Source: an uncultured delta proteobacterium
GTDB lineage: Bacteria; Myxococcota; Myxococcia; Myxococcales; Myxococcaceae
Direction of reading: 5' to 3'
DNA: 64,000 bases
Assembly: GCA_963771175.1 (NCBI GenBank)
Contig: CAVYSY010000011.1
Coordinates: 128,001 to 192,000 of the forward strand
Part shown: positions 41,353-52,100 of the stretch, piece after piece
Position numbering within the stretch: position 1 is the stretch's first letter
How the letters are laid out: each line of letters begins with the position of its first letter
Notes under the pieces: model-generated
Told to the model about the DNA's origin: nothing
Database searches by the model: none
What the model saw: the letters and a program-made list of their open reading frames with translations, nothing else
Translations under genes and position numbers: made by a program

Positions 41353-43667
41353 CTACGCCGCGGGAGCGGACTCCGGGGTGGTGACGGTCTTGAGCTTCAG
41401 GCCGTCGCCCTCCACGTCGAAGCGCGCGGTGCCGCCGTTCTTCAGCTCGCCGAAGAGCAGCGCCTCGGCCAGCGGCTTCTTGAGCGCAGTTGTCCACCAG
41501 CCGCGCCATGGGCCGCGCGCCGAAGGCCGGGTCGTAGCCGTGCTCGGCCAGCCACGCCGCGCGCCGCCGGCGTCAGCTCCAGCTTCACGCGCTTCTCGTC
41601 CAGCATCTTCTGGAGCAGCCCCACTTCCTTGTCCACCACCTTGAGGATGACCTCGGGCGGCAGGCCGGAGAAGAGGACCCACCCGTCCAGGCGGTTGCGG
41701 AACTCGGGCGTGAAGGTGCGCTCGATGGCCTTCTTCGCGCGCGCGCGCGTCCGCCGGGGCGCTGCTTGTCGCCGAAGCCGATGCGACTTGGTGCTCATCT
41801 CCCGCGCGCCCGCGTTGGTGGTGAGGATGAGGATGATGTTGCGGAAGTCCGCCTTGCGGCCGTTGTTGTCCGTCAGCGTCGCGTGGTCCATCACCTGGAG
41901 GAGGATGTTGAAGAGGTCCGGGTGGGCCTTCTCAATCTCGTCCAGCACCAGCACCGCGTAGGGGTGCTTGCGGATGGCGTCGGTGAGCAGCCCGCCCTGG
42001 TCGAAGCCCACGTAGCCCGGAGGCGCGCCGATGAGCCGGCTCACCGTGTGCTTCTCCGAGTACTCGCTCATGTCGAAGCGCAGGAACTCCACGCCCAGCA
42101 CCGTGCGCGAGCTGCTTGGCCAGCTCCGTCTTGCCCACGCCCGTGGGGCCCGAGAAGAGGAAGGAGCCGATGGGCTTCTCCGGCGCGCGCAGGCCCGCAG
42201 CGCGCCAGCTTGATGGCGTCCACCAGCTCGCTTGATGGCCGGGTCCTGCCCGAAGATGACCGTGTTGAGCTCGGGCTCCAGGTTCTTGAGCTGCACGCCC
42301 TCGCTGGCGGACACGCTCTTGGCCGGGATCTTCGCCATCTTCGCGATGACGCTCTCCACGTCCGCCACCGTCACCAGCCGGTGCGCTTGCCCTCGGGCTT
42401 GAGCCGCTCGGCCGCGCCCGTCTCGTCGATGACGTCGATGGCCTTGTCCGGCAGGAAGCGGTCGTTGATGTGCTTGGCGCACAGCTCCGCCGCCGCCCGG
42501 AGGGCCTCCGTCTGCGTACTTCACCCCGTGGTGCTCCTCGTAGCGGCTCTTGAGCCCCTCGAGGATGAGGATGGTGTCCTCCACGGTCGGCTCGCCCACT
42601 TCGATCTTCTGGAAGCGGCGCGACAGCGCCCGGTCCTGCTCGAAGGACGCCTTGAACTCCTGGTACGTCGTCGAGCCGATGCAGCGCAGCCGGCCGCTGG
42701 CCAGCGCGGGCTTGAGCAGGTTGGACGCATCCATGGAGCCGCCGCTGGTGGCCCCGGCGCCGACGATGGTGTGGATTTCGTCGATGAAGAGGATGGCGTC
42801 CGGGTGCTCCTGCAGCGCCTTGAGCACGCCCTTGAGCCGCTCCTCGAACTGGCCGCGGAACTTGGTGCCCGCCAGCAGCGCGCCCATGTCCAGCGAGAAG
42901 ATGACCGCGTTCTTCAACGCCTCGGGCACCTTGCCCTCGTGGATGTGGAGCGCGAGGCCCTCGGCGATGGCCGTCTTGCCCACGCCCGTCTCGCCCACGT
43001 AGAGCGGGTTGTTCTTCCGGCGCCGGCAGAGCACCTGGATGGTGCGCTCCAGCTCCTGCTCGCGCCCGATGAGCGGGTCGATCCGGCCCTGCTTCGCCTC
43101 CTCGTTGAGGTTGGTGGTGTAGGCCTCCAGCGGGCTTTTGCGCGGGCTGCCCTCACCTTCCTCGTCGTCACCCGCGGGCACGCTGCCCCGGGGCGCGCTC
43201 TCGCCCTCGCCCTCTCCGGACTCGTCCTTGGAGATGCCGTGGGAGATGTAGTTGAGCAGGTCCAACCGGGTGACGCCCTCCTGCTGCAGCAGGTAGAGGG
43301 CGTGGCTCTCCTCCTCGCGGAACAGGGCCACGAGGATGTCCCCGCCGTCGATGAGCTTCTGGTCGGCGGACAGGGCGTGCATGGCGGCGCGGTGGAGGAC
43401 CCGCTCCACGCCGATGGTTTGCTGCGGCTCGGCCTCCACCCCCTCGGGCAGACGCTCGACGGTCTCCTCCAGGAAGCCCTCCAGTCGTTCCTGCAGCCGC
43501 TTGACGTTGGCCCCGCAGCCCTTGAGCACTTCCCGGGTGCGCGGGTCCTTGGTGAGCGCGAGCAGGAGGTGCTCGAGCGTCAGGTATTCGTGACGCATCC
43601 GGTGCGCCTCCTCCAGCGCGTTCCGGAAGCTGGCCTGCAACTCCTTGGCGATCAGCGGTCCTGCCAC
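41353..43667 (-). CDS. clpA: ATP-dependent Clp protease ATP-binding subunit ClpA; several frameshifts in 41480-42520
   Basis: [72 protein letters not shown]; adjacent to clpS. Confidence 0.95.
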
Positions 43668-43671
43668 GGTT

Positions 43672-43998
43672 TCAACCTTCCTCTGGTTCCATCGAGAGGC
43701 GCAGCGGGAAGCCATTCTCCCGCGCCGCCGCCTCCACGGTCCTGACCTTCGTCTCGGCGACCTCGAATGTATAAACGCCTGCGACGCCGATGCCGTTGTA
43801 ATGGACGTGCAGCATGATCTGCACGGCATCCGCCTCGGATTTGTGGAAGACCTCCTTGAGGACGGCCACCACGAACTCCCGAGTCGTGTAGTTGTCGTTG
43901 TGCAGGAGCACCTTGTAGAGCGTGGGCCGCTTCAGCTTCTTCTGCGGCACCGTCTCCGTCGCGACGTTCGAATCCGGGTCGTACTTCTCTCGGGACAT
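43672..43998 (-). CDS. clpS: Clp protease adaptor
   Basis: YKVLLHNDNYTTREFVV, IMLHVHYNG, EVAETK, FPLRLSME. Confidence 0.96.
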   Translation of the reverse strand: MSREKYDPDSNVATETVPQKKLKRPTLYKVLLHNDNYTTREFVVAVLKEVFHKSEADAVQIMLHVHYNGIGVAGVYTFEVAETKVRTVEAAARENGFPLRLSMEPEEG

Positions 43999-44007
43999 GT
44001 TCTCCCT

Positions 44008-45186
44008 CTAACGAGTAGGGGGCACCAACGGCCCCCGCTTGAAACCTGTTTCGGCACGCCACTGGGGCAGGCCAGCCAACACGGCCGCCCGCTCGTGCTC
44101 CAGGAAGGAGCGTACCGCTCGATCGACCCCGGGGTGGAAGAGCAAGTGAGCGCTCCATGTGAGGCTCGGCTCGAAACCCCGGGTGAGCTTGTGCTCCCCG
44201 CCCGCGCCCGGCTCGAAGCGCTCCAGCCCGCGCGCGATGGCGTCGCGCACCGGGTGGTAGAGGCAGACGTTGAAGTGCAGGAAGGGGTGCTCCTCGAAGC
44301 AGCCCCAATAACGGCCGTACAGCACGCGCGGACCCACCAGGTTGACGGCCCCTGCCACCAGACGGCCCTCCCGGCGGGCCTCCACCCACTCGCAGGAGTC
44401 GCGGAAGGTGGACAGCATGCGCGCGAAGAAGTCCGGGGTGAGGAGGCGCCGGCCCCATGGGTACTTGTCCACCGTGGAGGCGTAGATGCGGTGGAGCTCG
44501 CCCGGGTCCACCTCGGCCAGCGCCTCGCCGCGCAGGGTGCGCAGGGTGATGCCCTGGGCGGCCGGAGCGCGCAGTTCCCGGCGGAGCTGGTTGCGCCGTT
44601 TGGCGTGGAAGCGGGCGAGGAAGTCCTCGAAGGAGCCGTAGCCGGCGTTGTGCCACTGATACTGCACGCCCAGGCGCATCGCGAAGCCGGCGGCCTCCAG
44701 CGCGGGTGTTTCCTCCTCGGTGGCGAAGTGGACGTGGACGCTGGAGATGCCCTCGGCGCGGGCGTACTCCAGGGCGCCGCGGGCGAGCTCCACCTCCCGG
44801 GCGGCCCGGTCCTCGCCGGGGGCCACCAGGAGGCGCCGGCCGGTGACGGGGGTGAAGGGCACGGCCAGGAGCAGCTTCGGGTAGTAGCACACGCCGAGGC
44901 GCTCGGAGGCGGTGGCCCAGGACCAGTCGGAGACGAACTCGCCGTGGCTGTCGTCCTTGAGGTACGCCGGCGCCGCGGCCACCAGGCGGGAGCCCCGCCA
45001 CAGGGTGAGGTGGCGCGGGTGCCAGCCGGCGGGGGCCCCCACGCTGCCGCTCTCCTCCAGTGCCGCCAGGAAGGCCCACTCGGAGAAGGGCCGGGCCGCG
45101 TCGTCGAGCAGCGCGTCCCAGGCTCCCCGGGGGACCTCGGTGATGGCGCGATGGATGCGCAGGGTGGATGGCAGCGGGTCGGACAT
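44008..45186 (-). CDS. FemAB-related GNAT-fold protein (DUF482-like)
   Basis: AFLAALEESGS, YLKDDSHGEF..DWSWA, YYPKL..VPFTPVTG, QYQWHN.GY, LYGRYWG, LHFNVCLY, GAGGEHKL.RGF. Confidence 0.85.
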   Translation of the reverse strand: MSDPLPSTLRIHRAITEVPRGAWDALLDDAARPFSEWAFLAALEESGSVGAPAGWHPRHLTLWRGSRLVAAAPAYLKDDSHGEFVSDWSWATASERLGVCYYPKLLLAVPFTPVTGRRLLVAPGEDRAAREVELARGALEYARAEGISSVHVHFATEEETPALEAAGFAMRLGVQYQWHNAGYGSFEDFLARFHAKRRNQLRRELRAPAAQGITLRTLRGEALAEVDPGELHRIYASTVDKYPWGRRLLTPDFFARMLSTFRDSCEWVEARREGRLVAGAVNLVGPRVLYGRYWGCFEEHPFLHFNVCLYHPVRDAIARGLERFEPGAGGEHKLTRGFEPSLTWSAHLLFHPGVDRAVRSFLEHERAAVLAGLPQWRAETGFKRGPLVPPTR

Positions 45187-45251
45187 CGTCGGCGGGCGGA
45201 GCCTATAACGAGCAGCTCCCGGGCCCGCCAACCCGCTCGGTCTCCGACAGT

Positions 45252-45692
45252 CTAGCGACCGCGGGTGAGCTCGGCGGCCAGGAAGCGGCCCACCTCGGCC
45301 AGTCCCAACTGTGCTCGCTGCCGGCCCTCGGGCGACTCCATCACCCGGCGCGCGGCCTCGCTGGCGGTGCCGACCTCCAGGTCCGCCAGCACCAGGAAGG
45401 CGCTCCACGCGGGCGTCAGCTCCGCCACGCGCCCGGGACGCTGGGGCCGGTCCTTCAGCGTGGTGGCCACCTTCTCCACCAGCCCCTCGTCATCGAGCCG
45501 CTTGGACTTGCCGCGCATGGCCGTCCACGCCTCTTCCAGGAGCGAGGTCAGCAGCCGGCCCTGGAGGGCCTGCGAGAGGCGCTGCGCGGCCTCCTCCTCG
45601 TCGATGTTGTGGGCGCGCGCGTAGGTGGGCGTCAGCTTCGCCACCACCACCGAGCGCGTGGCGAGGTGTCCCAGTCGGGGAGGGTAGGCCAT
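45252..45692 (-). CDS. Hypothetical protein
   Basis: 146-aa helical ORF with GGAG RBS and GC3-biased codons, co-oriented with neighbours. Confidence 0.65.
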   Translation of the reverse strand: MAYPPRLGHLATRSVVVAKLTPTYARAHNIDEEEAAQRLSQALQGRLLTSLLEEAWTAMRGKSKRLDDEGLVEKVATTLKDRPQRPGRVAELTPAWSAFLVLADLEVGTASEAARRVMESPEGRQRAQLGLAEVGRFLAAELTRGR

Positions 45693-45708
45693 GGGCTCCT
45701 TCTACCAG

Positions 45709-46281
45709 TTACCAGCGCACGAGGAGGCGGAAGCCCAGGTGCGAGCGCTCTTCCACGGTGATGATGGGCTGCACGTGGGCCCGCTCCAGCGCCACCTCCA
45801 GCGCGCCGGCGATGAACTCCGGGCGGTTGTGCATGTCCGGAATGGAGATGCGCCGGGCCCGCTCGCCCTGGGGGATGAGCTGCACGTCCAGGTCCGGCCG
45901 GCCCATCATTGACAGGTAGCGCGGCAGCCGCTCCACCACCCGTGCGGCGCCGATCATGGGCAGCGCCACGGCGGCCACCCGGCCCACCAGCGTGTCGGTG
46001 AAGCCCTCGGTCAGCTTGCGGCCGAGGGTGCGATAGGCGTCCGCGTCGTCCAGCTCGGCGTAGGCGAGGTCCCTCGCCAGGGCCACGCACCGCTTCCACA
46101 CCTGCACGGGGTAGTCGACCTCGGGGCACTTCGGCTCGTAGCCCTCGGCCCGCAGTGCTTGCATGAGCTGGCTGTTGGGCTCCAGGCCTCGCACGAACAG
46201 GCCCTCGAACACACTCGAGGGGATGCGCGGCTGCGCTGTCGTGAGGGGGGTCCTTTGCACCACCAGACTCGGGCTTTCCAT
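45709..46281 (-). CDS. DUF2378 family myxobacterial protein
   Basis: SVFEGLFVRGL, LRAEGY, YPVQVW, LGRKLTEGFTDTLVGR, FIAGALE pattern. Confidence 0.75.
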   Translation of the reverse strand: MESPSLVVQRTPLTTAQPRIPSSVFEGLFVRGLEPNSQLMQALRAEGYEPKCPEVDYPVQVWKRCVALARDLAYAELDDADAYRTLGRKLTEGFTDTLVGRVAAVALPMIGAARVVERLPRYLSMMGRPDLDVQLIPQGERARRISIPDMHNRPEFIAGALEVALERAHVQPIITVEERSHLGFRLLVRW

Positions 46282-46467
46282 GGGACATCTCCCCCGGCTG
46301 GGAGTCCAGCCGTTTTCACAGCTTAGCATGTTCCACCAGCCAATCAGTAAAGTCAGGTAAGAATCTGATTGTCCGATAGAGCATTCCAGGGGGAGCGCTT
46401 CCCCGCACCTCCGGGTTGCCAGGGGAGGGCGGGCGGCTTAGAGGAAGGGGCACAGGAGAGATTTCGA

Positions 46468-47028
46468 ATGTCGGTGAACATCCAGCTCGAGTGGACGCCC
46501 AACCCCAGCACGCTGAAGTACGTGGTGGATCGGCGGCTGTTGTCGTCGGGAGCGGTGAACATCACGAGCAAGCAGGCCGCGGAGGAGAAGTCCCCGCTGG
46601 CGGTCAAGCTCATGGGCATCAAGGGCGTGACGGCGGTGATGGTGGGCAGCAACTTCGTCACCGTCACCAAGGGGGACGAGGGCGAGTGGGACGAGCTGAA
46701 CGACGCGGTGATGGCCACGCTGGACGAGCACCTGGGCGCGGACCTGCCGGCGGTGAACGAGGAGGCCCTCGCGGCGTCGCGCGCGGCGACGGGTGCCAGC
46801 GGCTCGGTGGAGACGCGCATCCAGGACATCCTGGACGCGGAGATCCGCCCGGCGGTGGCGCAGGATGGCGGTGACATCACCCTGGACCGCTTCGAGGACG
46901 GCATCGTCTACCTGCACATGAAGGGCGCGTGCGCGGGCTGCCCCTCTTCCACGGCGACCCTGAAGATGGGCATTGAGTCGCGCCTGCGCGAGCTCATCCC
47001 CGAGGTCACCGAAGTGGTGTCCGTCTGA
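46468..47028 (+). CDS. NifU/Nfu family Fe-S cluster carrier
   Basis: EWTPNPSTLKY N-terminal scaffold domain; IRPAVAQDGGDI, GACAGCPSSTATLKMGIE. Confidence 0.93.
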   Translation: MSVNIQLEWTPNPSTLKYVVDRRLLSSGAVNITSKQAAEEKSPLAVKLMGIKGVTAVMVGSNFVTVTKGDEGEWDELNDAVMATLDEHLGADLPAVNEEALAASRAATGASGSVETRIQDILDAEIRPAVAQDGGDITLDRFEDGIVYLHMKGACAGCPSSTATLKMGIESRLRELIPEVTEVVSV

Positions 47029-47051
47029 GGCGGCAGGTCAAGGGCAAGCAG

Positions 47052-47882
47052 GTGAAGCGGGAGCTGCTGCCGGAGCAGTCTCCGGCGCTGCTGCGCGAGC
47101 TGCACCTGCTCACGCGCGAGGGCAACCTCAACGCGGACGCGCTGCGCAAGCTCAAGCAGGTCAACCACCTGGTGGGCCTGCTGCGGCCGGCGATGGACGA
47201 GCTGCAGGAGCGCCACGGCGCGCCCGTGGTGGTGGACGCGGGCAGCGGCAACGCGTACCTGGGCTTCATCCTCTACGAGGTGTTCCTCAAGGACGCCGAG
47301 GCGGGCTCTCTGCTGAACATCGAGGGTCGGCCGGAGCTGACGCAGCGCGCGAAGGAGCGCGCCGGGCGGCTGGGCTTCTCGCGGATGGAGTTCCAGACGG
47401 CGCACCTGGAGCAGGCGCAGTGGCCGGAGCGCATCCACCTGCTCACCGCGCTGCACGCGTGTGACACGGCGACGGACGACGCGCTGGCGGTGGCCATCCA
47501 GAAGGGCGCGGACCACGTGGCGGTGGTGCCGTGCTGCCAGGCGGAGGTGGCCGCGCAGCTCAAGGAGTCGCGGCAGGGGGTGGACCCCACGCTGGCGATG
47601 CTCTACCAGCACCCCTGGCACCGGCGCGAGTTCGGCAGCCACCTCACCAACGTCATCCGCGCGCTGACGCTGGAGGCCTTCGGCTACCAGGTGACGGTGA
47701 CGGAGCTGACGGGCTGGGAGCACTCGCTGAAGAACGAGCTGATTCTGGGCCGGCGGGTGCACAAGGAGAACCGGCCGGCGCGCGCGAAGCTGGAGTCGCT
47801 GCTGGGCACCTTCGGCGTGCGGCCCAAGCTGACGCGGGTGCTGGGCGTGGAGCCCTCGCCGCGGGCCTCGCCCACCGTCTGA
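47052..47882 (+). CDS. Class I SAM-dependent methyltransferase
   Basis: RKLKQVNH, VVDAGSGNAYLGF, ALHACDTATDDA, VPCCQ. Confidence 0.88.
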   Translation: MKRELLPEQSPALLRELHLLTREGNLNADALRKLKQVNHLVGLLRPAMDELQERHGAPVVVDAGSGNAYLGFILYEVFLKDAEAGSLLNIEGRPELTQRAKERAGRLGFSRMEFQTAHLEQAQWPERIHLLTALHACDTATDDALAVAIQKGADHVAVVPCCQAEVAAQLKESRQGVDPTLAMLYQHPWHRREFGSHLTNVIRALTLEAFGYQVTVTELTGWEHSLKNELILGRRVHKENRPARAKLESLLGTFGVRPKLTRVLGVEPSPRASPTV

Positions 47883-48011
47883 GCGCGAGGGACACCCCGT
47901 GTGTCGCACCTCCCACGTCCGTGGGAGCCCGGGTCCGACGCGTGACGCGGGGTGACGTTCGCGGTAGGGTGGGGCGCCGAACCTCCGCCGTCACCCTGGA
48001 GCCCGCACCTC

Positions 48012-48879
48012 ATGGAATGGTTGCCATCCTTCTCCACGCGCCTGGACCTGCTCGTGCGCGGTGTCCTCTTCGTGTTGATACTGGGCGCGCTGCTGTGCGT
48101 CATCGCCGTGCTGCTGGAGGTCCCGCACCGAGTCCGGTGGTTCGGCACTGCCACCGTGCCGCCTACCTGCTGCGAGTGGTGGGAGGGACCGAGCGGGCGG
48201 AGCGGCTCTTCCGGAGGGTGGCGCGATGGTCGTACGGGACCGCCCAGACGGTGTCGCTCGCGGGATTGGCGGTCTGTCGCATGCGCCAGGGCAGGTACGC
48301 GGAGGCCGCGGCCATGTTGGAGCCACTCATGGAGCGGCAGATGCCTCGCTTCATGCGGACGGACGCTGTCTCGCTGCCCGGGTTCCTCTCGCTGTGCCTG
48401 TCCATGCTGGGAGACACCCGGCGGGCGAAGCATTGGCTCGACGTGGCCCGTGCTCGCTTCGGCGGGATGGTCACCTTCCTGGTGCTGCCCGAGGTCGCCA
48501 TCCTCTGCCGGGAAGGGCATATGGGCGCGGCGTTCGAAGCTGATGGAGGACTGCTGGCCGCTGATGATGGCCGACGGCACCCTGGGTCCCCGGCTCCGGC
48601 TGTTCCGGGCCTTCGCGCAGAGGAAGGTGGACCCCGAGCGCGATGCGGGCTTCGTCACCATGACGCTGTTGTCGCTCGCGCCCTTCCCGCCGGGGAGAGC
48701 TGGCGTTCTGCCGGGAGCACTGGCCGGTCCTCGCGGACTTCATGCAGATGGGGGAGGACCTCGTGGCCCGCCGCGAGGAGGAGCGGGTCAGGAGGCTGGC
48801 CGAGTGGGAGCGGAAGCGCGCGGAGCGGATGACGGCGCCCGGGAACACGTCCGCACCGGAGGACGACACGTCCGGGTGA
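48012..48879 (+). CDS. Hypothetical membrane-anchored TPR-like protein; about three frameshifts
   Basis: N-terminal TM then helical repeats (LAVCRMRQGRYAEAAAMLE), stitched manually across frames to TGA at 48877-48879. Confidence 0.5.
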
Positions 48880-48891
48880 TGCGCGCGCCGC

Positions 48892-50860
48892 CTACTCCTC
48901 TTCCTCCTTGCGCGGCTCCTTGAAGACGAAGCGCTTCACGGCGGTGATGGGGACCGCGCGCGAGATGTGGGCGGCACCCGGCTGGGAGCCCGGGAGCTTC
49001 TCCAGGCCGTCCTCGGCCTCGTTCCCCAGGGTGAAGCAGACGGGGTACGTCTTCCCGTCGGGCGTCTGGGCCCGGTCGTACCGGCCATAGACGTTCTCCG
49101 CTTCGGTGAACAGCTCGCCGAAGAGCAGGGTGCCCTTCGGAAGCTGTCCATAGGCGGTGTACATCCTGCTGATGATGGGGCCGGAGCGGACGATGGCGTG
49201 CGTCTGGTCCTCGGTCGGGCCCGGCTGACCCTGCTGGATGTCGGTGATGATGGTCGGTCCATCCCCCCAGTACATGCCGAGCTCCTTCATCACGGCGCGC
49301 GACTCGGCGGGGCAGTCCGCGTTGGCGGGGCGCACCTGGGCACCGGAGCAGGCCAGGCCCACGCAGAGGGCGGTGGTACCGAGGGCCTTGCCCACGGGGC
49401 CGGGCTCCCGCTGGGCGGGCGATGCGTCAGGGGTTGTCTGCTGGGGCTTCTTCTTCAAGGGGGCGCCTTTCGTGGCTCGTGCCTCCGCGGGGGCGGCAGC
49501 CGCGGGGGTTGACTCCACAGGTAGTGGCGCCGGCGGCCGACCCAGCTTCGAGGAGTTCCGGCGTCCGCGCCACTTCGGCGCCTCCGGGCGGGAGGGACGT
49601 GGAGAGAGACGGTGGGGACCGCGTCGGCTCCGAGAGGGCTCGCGGGCTGTAGGAGTGAGCGGCCATCAGCCAGAGGCCGGGGAGCACGAGTCCGGGCCCC
49701 GAGCGCCACGGCCAGTGCCCTCCCTGGGAGTGCCGGGCGAGGTGCCGGGTTCCCCTCCGGCGCGGGTGCGTGTGCCCTGGCCCGTTGCCCGTGTTCCATG
49801 CGCCCGGCGAAGGAGACACCGGGGATGAGCCTCACCGGGGGCGCGATGGGTGTCACCGGGCGGGTGGGGAACGCGGGCCGGCGGATGCGCCGCCCGGGAG
49901 CGTCGCCCTCTTTTCGTGCCGGTCTGTCCTCCCAGTCGAAGAGGCTCGCCTCCCACGAGCTCCGCCCGCCGAAGGTCGCCGCCGCCATCAGCGCCGCGTG
50001 CACCTCCGCGCCGCTTCCGTAGCGCTCCTCCGGCGCCTTCGCCAGCATGCGCGACAGCACGTCGCTCAACGCCCGTGGTACCCGGCGGTTGAAGTCCCGA
50101 GGCGCGTGCGCTCGTCGGGTGCAGATCGCCACTCCCACGAGGTCTCCCAGTATGTCGGGAGGGAAGGGGTAGTGCCCCGTCGCCGCGCGGTACAGGCTCA
50201 CCCCCAGCGCGTACAGGTCATCCGCCGCCCCCATCTCATATGTTTCACAGGAGCCCCCGCCCCGCTCCATCCAGAAGCGCATGGCCTCGGGGCTGCGCAG
50301 GTGCGAAGTCCCTGGGGGCAGTGGGGTGGTCGTGAGCGGGACCGCGCCCGCGTAGTCCCCCACGCCGAAGTCCACCAGCACCGGCTCTCCGTCTGGCTCC
50401 CGGATGAGGATGTTCTCGGGCTTCACATCCCGGTGAAACACGCCCCGGCCGTGGAGCTCGCCCAGCGCCAGGGCCATCTTCGCCCCCACCTCCGCGAACT
50501 GGAGGAAGGACGGATTGCGCGTCTCGGCCCACACGTCGAGCGGGAGGCCGGGCACCTTGTCCATGACGTGGTAGGTGTGGCCCTCGACGGGGTCCGGCCA
50601 GCGCCCGCAGCCGTGGAAGCGCACCACGTTGGGGTGGACCGCCTTGTCCATCAACAGCACCACCTCACGCTCGGCCGCGCACGTCACCGGGGCGCAGCGC
50701 CAGCTTGAGGGCGAGGGCGGCGCCGGGCTGATGGATGTCCTCCACTCCGTAGACGGCGCCGTAGCCGCCCACGCCCAGGCGTTCCATCTACGCGCCAGTG
50801 GCCCACCACCGTCGCGGGTGGCAGGGCCTCGGGATGGAGGACGGGGGTTGCTCCATGCAT
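48892..50860 (-). CDS. Myxobacterial Ser/Thr protein kinase (DUF2381-associated type), frameshifted
   Basis: Manual N-terminus [62 protein letters not shown]-terminal [18 protein letters not shown] domain. Confidence 0.8.
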
Positions 50861-50868
50861 GGGTCACC

Positions 50869-51743
50869 TCAGGGCGTGAAGGGGGTGAGAGACACGCCGC
50901 GCTCGCCGTCCCTCTCGCGCAGCTCCAGGCCCCAGCGCTGCTCCGTGTCCTCCGAGGGTCGCTCCAACTCCACGGCGAGGGGGCGGACTTCTCCCGGATG
51001 TAGCTGCGCTCCGTCCATCCACACGGGCAGCCGCCGGACCACGCGGCCCGTCGCGTCCCGCAGCCAGGCCTCGCTGGGGAGTCCAGGGCCGGGCACCCAG
51101 GGTTCAGCCTGAGCCCCACGGACACCACTGCATGGGTGCGCGTGCGGTAGATGCTCCTGCCTGACAACCGTCAACTCGCTCCACGAGGGCGCGACTTCCA
51201 GTCGCTGCCAGCGTCACGCCTCCCGCGCAGCGTCCCCGAGAGGGCCAGCTTGACGAAGTTGCCGGCCTCGCACCGGGCGAGCACGGCCTCCAGCTCGGAC
51301 TCCAGCGCCAGGACCGAGCGCGGCCGGCGTATCACCCGCGCCTGGACATCGACCTCCGAGGTGGCCGGGACGAGCGCGAGCGTGGCGTGGGTGGGTGGCA
51401 GGCCATCGGCGAAGCCCACCTTCAGCAGCAGGGGCCTGTCCTCGGGGAGCGGGAGCGCTGGCCGCAGCACCACCAGCCGGGTCGTGGGCTCCAGCAGGGC
51501 GAAGCGCTCCTCCCGACCTTCCACCGAGACCGAGTCCGGATCGATCGACGCATCGAACTCCAGCACGGTGTCGTAACCGGGGGCGGCACGCACCACCGGC
51601 GGGGGAGCGGTGGGGCTGTCGGGGAGCACCAGTTGGCGCGCCTTCAGCTCGGGGCCGGAGACAAGACGGGGCTGGGCCGCCGCCGAGGCGGCACCCATCA
51701 GGGGCAGCAGACACAGGGCACGGCGCGGAAGGGCCAGGCTCAC
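50869..51743 (-). CDS. DUF2381 family protein, frameshifted near 51120-51180
   Basis: GTG at 51743 behind GGAGG; signal peptide, [34 protein letters not shown]; directly upstream of the kinase. Confidence 0.7.
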
Positions 51744-51857
51744 TCGGGAAGTTCCTCCGGCCACAGAACCTAGCAGGTCAGGGCGTGGAACTGACCAGTC
51801 CCGTGGGCACGGAGCTGCTGTTATGCTGGCGCTTGCTCGGAAGACGGAGGCCTCATC

Positions 51858-52094
51858 GTGAAACGGCTCCTACCGCTGGCGCTATTCATCCCTTGGGCAA
51901 TGGGGTGTGGAGATACGTGGGGCAGGCAGAGCGCTGTCGAAATCCCTTTGCACAGGCATGTCATGGGGATCGATTCCCAGCCAACGTCATGTCAACTCGA
52001 CGAGAAGCAACTGAAGGAGCTTTGCAACGAGGAGAACTTCCACGAGCTCTGTCCTCCAGGGTGTCCTCCCTGGATACCACGTGGAAAGCACTAG
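51858..52094 (+). CDS. Small putative lipoprotein
   Basis: GGAGG RBS, MKRLLPLALFIPWAMG-C lipobox, four further Cys. Confidence 0.55.
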   Translation: MKRLLPLALFIPWAMGCGDTWGRQSAVEIPLHRHVMGIDSQPTSCQLDEKQLKELCNEENFHELCPPGCPPWIPRGKH

Positions 52095-52100
52095 TCCGAG

